Below are positions 58,890 to 64,000 of a stretch of 64,000 bases of DNA, piece after piece. The translations under genes were made by a program, and so were the position numbers. The notes under the pieces were generated by a model. That model searched no databases and was not told where the DNA came from. It was given only the letters and a program-made list of their open reading frames with translations. Every line of letters begins with the position of its first letter. Positions within the stretch are counted from its first letter, which is position 1. The stretch comes from Fistulifera solaris (Eukaryota), in NCBI GenBank assembly GCA_030295235.1, contig AP026136.1, positions 1,116,001 to 1,180,000 of the forward strand. The letters run 5' to 3'.

Positions 58890-60307
58890 ATGCGACGATT
58901 TTTACTGCTTTATTCGATTCTGCACGTCTGCATGATCCGTCAAACAATGTCTCTAGCGGCGTCGAAATCACCCAAGAATATTGTTGTCATCGGAGGAGGT
59001 ATTCAAGGTACATCGGTGGCCTTTGCTCTAGCGGAACGAGACTTAAAAGTAACCGTTCTTGAAGCCGTCCGACCTGCCTCGGCAGCATCTGGCAAGGGAG
59101 GAGGATTTATGGCTCGATCGTGGGGCGACGGAGGACCTACTGAGGGATTACATCATGTGGCATTTGATTTGTACGAAACATTAGCTCCGAGTCTAGGCTG
59201 CACCTCCTATCGCAAGCTTCCTGTTCTGTCGGTCTCCCCGGGCAAATCTCCCTTAGATTCGGCCACAAAGAAACGCCACGGAAATATGTTACCATCATGG
59301 TTGGATGGAAACTTGGGTCGGGTATCCGTCATGGGCAGTGGCGATGATACGGCGCAGATTACACCCTCCGAGTTTGTCGAGAAAATGTTAGAAAAGCATG
59401 CCGACCGAATTCATGTTGTCAAAGGTACTTGCACGGGTGTAACTTGCACCGAGCAGAATCAAGTGAGCAGCGTCGAGTATAGCGATGAAAACAATAAAGC
59501 ATGTACACTGACTGCGGACACAGTCATCGTGAGTGCAGGGCCCTGGTCTTGTGCGGCGGAGGACTGGTTTGATGGTGCGCTGAAACTCCCGATGGAAGGC
59601 GTCAAGTCAACCAGTATCGTCTGGAAGAAGCCGGAGTCGATCGAAACTGTGGATGCGACGGCACTCTTCTGTGGCGAAGATAGACGATTTGGAACTCATT
59701 GTATGTATGCGTCAAATGTATTGAATATTATTCAAGCAATTTGATATGCTCACTCATTCCTTCATCATCTATTTCAGTGGAAGTGTATCCTCGACCGAAT
59801 GGGGAAATTTACATTTGTGGTATTGGAGGGTCTGACTACATTTCTACGGAAGAATTGAAACAGGGGGCGTTTCGAAACGAATGCAATGCCAAGAATGCGC
59901 GAGTCAAGGCTGCGGTAGCGAGTTTTCAAGAAATGTCTTCCACGTACAGACAAAATGGAGAGTTAGAAAGGCAACAAGCTTGTATGCGACCCTGTCCTCC
60001 CGACGCGATGCCCTATATGGGTGTAGTACCTGGATATTCGGGAGCCTACATTAATGCTGGTCATAATTGCTGGTAAGTCGTGCCATGACTACGTCGTGTG
60101 TTGCTACTGCCGGTAACTCAATTGGTTGACGGCAGGGGTATTGCCTGGGCACCAGCATGCGGACAAGCGATTGCAGAATTAATCCTTGATGGTGAGAGCA
60201 AATGCGTTGACCTTTCTCCTTTTGACCCTGCTAGATTTACACCTGCTGCGCAACGGGGTGAACGAGGACGAAAACGACAAGGGACAAGTGTTGGAGAGCA
60301 ATGGTAA
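58890..60307 (+). CDS. FAD-dependent oxidoreductase (DAO/glycine-oxidase family, TDA3-like); 3 exons
   Basis: VVIGGGIQG, ASGKGGGF, EVYPRP, QACMRP and AGHNCWGI; introns 59701-59777 and 60073-60135. Confidence 0.93.
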
Positions 60308-60414
60308 CTACTCGGCTCATGATTCTCTTTCTGATAGTCGCTCTAAACACCATTTCTGAAAGTAGTGAGCTAGTAAAAGTTGCAAAAACTGCTTTTTTTC
60401 GATGCATTCTTTTC

Positions 60415-61782
60415 TTAAACAATACCTCCACCATAGCCACGGTCAGGTGCATAGATATCTGGGTAATCGCGGGAACTGATAGGTCTTCGCTTAATCAAAG
60501 ACGGTCCTTCCTTTTTCAAGGCGGCTACAGTAGGCGTTCCCAGAAGACCCATCGCTCGATCCAGTTCCTTCTTTAAAATGTCATAAGCCTTGATGACACC
60601 TTCTGTGCCTCCTGCGGCAAGACCCCAAAGGTATGGCTTTCCGACACCCACCGAATCAGCGCCCAATGCGATAGCTTTGGCAATATCAGTACCACGCTGA
60701 ACACCACCGTCTAGAATGATTTCTACATCAGGTCCAACCGCTTCACGGATCGACGGCAATACATCGATGGTGGCAGGAGATGTCTCTAGCTGTCGTGCAC
60801 CGTGATTCGAAACCCAAATCGTGCTGAATCCGATCTCAATCGCCTTTTTAGCATCCTCCGGTCGTACGACACCCTTTGGAGCCGCCGGGCCATTCCATTC
60901 ACCCAAAAGCCATTCGGCGTCTTTCCAGCTGAATTCCGGCATAATCTGACTATTCACAAAGGCCGCAAGAGAGTCGGCAGGGACTTCTGTATTGATGCAG
61001 GCATACGTGTAGGGTTCGTGAGATAAAAAATCCCAAGTCCAGGCGGGCTTCTTTAAAGCCTCTATCGTCTGTTTCAAGTTGTACTTGGGAGGGATCGAAA
61101 AGTCGTTACGAATATCGCGTTCACGGTTTCCATACCAAGTGAAATCAACCGTTAAAGCTAGAGCGTTAAAACCTCCCTCTTTGGCTTTGGCCAACACTTC
61201 TTTGACGAGTTCACGATCTTTCCAGACATACAGCTGAAAAACTTTCGGACCATTGTGAATTTTTCCGATTTCTGTAATGCCCGTGGTCGCCAAACTACTC
61301 AATCCGTACATAGTACCGTGATGTTCGGCGGCTTTGGCCGCGGCCGTCTCTCCTTCCCAGTGAAACATGCGATTTCCGGCCGTCGGGCAACCGAAGAACG
61401 GGAGATTGACATCCTGGCCAAAGATTTTAGTGCGCAAGTCGAGAGGAGGTTTGATTCCAGCAAGAATCTTGTAATGCATCTCCAATTGTGAGTAGGCGTC
61501 CTTACCGCGTCGCAAACTGATCTCATCATCGGCACCGGAATCCAAATAATCAAAGACCATCTAAAAATGTGATGTATTGTGAGGCGATGGTGAATTCGAC
61601 AATTCATTCAAAGCTGCTCTTTCTTTACTTACCTTATGAGCTCGTGATTTGGCAATCAAACGAAGATCCGCAATGTTCACGGCCTTCTTCAGCCGGGCCT
61701 TGTAAGGCGCATCAAAGACAGCGCCCAAAGGGATCTTTTGAAGAAACTTGTGAACTCCGTACTTATGAGGATTGAAAATCAT
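60415..61782 (-). CDS. FMN-dependent alpha-hydroxy acid oxidase/dehydrogenase (glycolate oxidase / L-lactate dehydrogenase family); 2 exons
   Basis: FDYLDSGADDE, FQLY, LTVD, GNRERD, SNHGARQL and DGGVQRGTD; intron 61561-61632; no C-terminal PTS1. Confidence 0.95.
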
Positions 61783-62228
61783 CTTGGTAGCAGCAAAAGG
61801 TAATCAATGTGAATGTACAAACTGAATAGGAACGAAACAAAGAACTACGGAGTATTTTGTTCTCGTTTATCGTCAAAGACAAGTTGTTTGTGTCCATGCC
61901 GTTGGCTTGGCAAGGGGCGAAATTTCTTGATGGAGTGCTTTTGCGACGAGGAAATGCAATGTTTACGTCATCGTACTTTTTATGAGTATCTTCGGTCGCG
62001 TGGCTTGGCGATCTTCGTGTTCAATGACGTGGAAAAACGATGACATCAATGACGTCATCATCAGCACTTGTAACTCAAACGCTAGTGCGGCTACCGGTAC
62101 AGGTAATGTTGGTAAAGTTTGGCTTCTTTACAACATCATTGCAATGCCAAGCATGCCCATGGTTATAAATTACGAATATTATGAAAATTACACAAGTACA
62201 AAACACAAAACAAAATGAAGGATTGTCT

Positions 62229-63868
62229 TTATCGCACGTAAACCGGCATGTCGGCCATTATCTCGGAATAATCTTCACTCTCGGAGTACTCGGAGTCGTA
62301 CTCGGAATCATCTTCACTGCCCGATGATGATTCATCCTCGTCACAGTTTTCGGTTGATGGATCGGTTACAGCAGTGCCCATGGAGGAGCGCTTGGATAGT
62401 TTTGAGACCAATGGCTGAGGAGACGTCTGGACAACGATGGGTTCCGATGGTGGAGGCTTGATTTGACGTTGAGGAGACAAGGGCGGCATCGTCGCTAAAC
62501 CAGCCAACAATTCGTTCATTTCGTCGGCATCCATGATATCATCATCGGAACTGTACTCCGAATCAGAGTCTTCGTCACTATCCGAGTCTTCTTCGGAGCT
62601 TTCGCTCAGAAGCTCGTGCATCCTGGTATGATTACTTTGGCTCATTTTCGCCATGGGTACTTCTTGAATCGGCTCGATTTCTAACTCATGCAGTGTTTCG
62701 AGCTCTGCCTTGGTGGGTCCTGCCAGTGTGGCCAAGATATCATCCATATCATTCATATCAAAGGAACGCTCGGTGAGATTCAGCATAGTGGCCGTAAACA
62801 CTCGTTCGGAGATTTCGCGCTCTGTCTCTTCAACGTCATCTAAGTTTTCGTGGCGCAGCAACAGAGCTTCTTCGGGCTCCATCGTGCCACACACTACCAG
62901 CTGGGCAAGTTCAGTTGTCAAAGCATGTTTTGGATTGGCGATTGGACAGGAATTAGCAGGGGATCGAAGAAGTGCCGACTGGGGTCGTACACTGTTCGGC
63001 GATCGTTGCGGCCAAAAGATGTCTTTCTTTTTTCGAAGAACTCGATCCATTCCTTCCAGTGCTCTTTGCGAGCACAAGCGAGCGGAGGGTTCTGCCGGCT
63101 GTCATTCATGAAAATCATGTCAATGTCTTCTCGCAACAATAGTTCGACGGTGTCAAACGCTGGCTGACTGGCCCAGAAAGCGTCGTGGAGTAAATTTCTC
63201 CCCAACATGTCAGCAACCTCAAAGCGGCAGCCATATTTCTTGAACAAGTTCAACATTTCCGTGTCTCCGCGTCTGGCAATCATGTGGATTAGTGATTCTC
63301 CTTCTTTGCTGCAAGGATTCGCGCTGATTCCTGCTTTGAGCATGGCTTCAATCTCGTTCAAACGGCGATTACGGACCAAGTTCACGAGATTAACATCGAA
63401 GCTGGCAATCTGAAAGGCGGTGGGTTTGTTGAAATACCCACAACTACTTGAATCGTGACGGTTTGTAGAGTATCCACGGGAAGTCAACAACCGATCAAGA
63501 TACGTCTGCGGCGACTCGGTCTCGAATATCTACGGGAATGAGTCTCGTGAGTTTCTTTTCGAGTATTGAGGGATGATGAGCTATCGAAAAGGCATTCTTA
63601 CCTGAACAGGAGGCGTCATTACCAGACTTTCTCTTTCGCTACTTTCTTCCTTCATTGCAGTTAAACGACCGATCCTTCGGGTTGCTTTCACTGCCCTGTC
63701 GAGCGATACTTGTTCAGTCTTTCCACCAGCCTGACGGTTCTTGAACCATTTGGTGAAAAAGTTTTTGTTGCTTCCTTTTCTCATTGATTCGTTCGAAGGA
63801 AGCATCAAAGCAGATTCCAGTGTCTCCGAAATCTCTGGCGGAAGAGTCTCAATAGTAAGCGGGTTCAT
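62229..63868 (-). CDS. Ankyrin-repeat protein with acidic C-terminal region; 2 exons, one apparent indel
   Basis: NPCSKEGESLIHMIARRG, GRNLLHDAFW and PPLAC; intron 63530-63601; frame break in T-run ~63028-63033 (FFEK/KKDIFWP). Confidence 0.85.
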
Positions 63869-64000
63869 TGCGGAAGCAAGGCTTGCGTTGCTGCTGCTTA
63901 TAGTTGCAAAGAATGGTGTTTTTGCGTCTGATTGAAAAGATAATGGCGAGGCAAACGACGATGATAGCCCGACGCTCGATGTCGAATGAATGTCAATGAT

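Overview
Gene-dense eukaryotic nuclear DNA, most consistent with a diatom (inference): short GT-AG introns, bipartite signal/plastid-targeting N-termini, a mitochondrial urea-cycle OTC and diatom-type hypothetical families. About 35 host genes are recognisable, including a spliced A20 zinc-finger gene missed by the ORF track. The strongest feature is a complete 5,853-bp Mutator-like DNA transposon (4639-10491). It has 130-bp TIRs that are identical base for base, a 9-bp TSD (TACTACGTA), and coding fragments for a DDE transposase, SWIM finger, CCHC knuckle and Ulp1/SUMO-like protease, with all catalytic motifs present. Other unexplained structure: (i) a dispersed intergenic family of ~200-bp units built on a TCRTGACTG-N5-CAGTCGTG palindrome; (ii) two distant arrays sharing a CAGAAA(A/T)TCTG palindrome; (iii) a PIP-box PNKP-like 3'-phosphatase/kinase apparently fused to an aldo-keto reductase. 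Many conserved genes are broken by single-base indels in homopolymers, pointing to assembly error, so frameshifts here should not be read as pseudogenes without read data. All family calls are motif recognition by eye; no searches were run.
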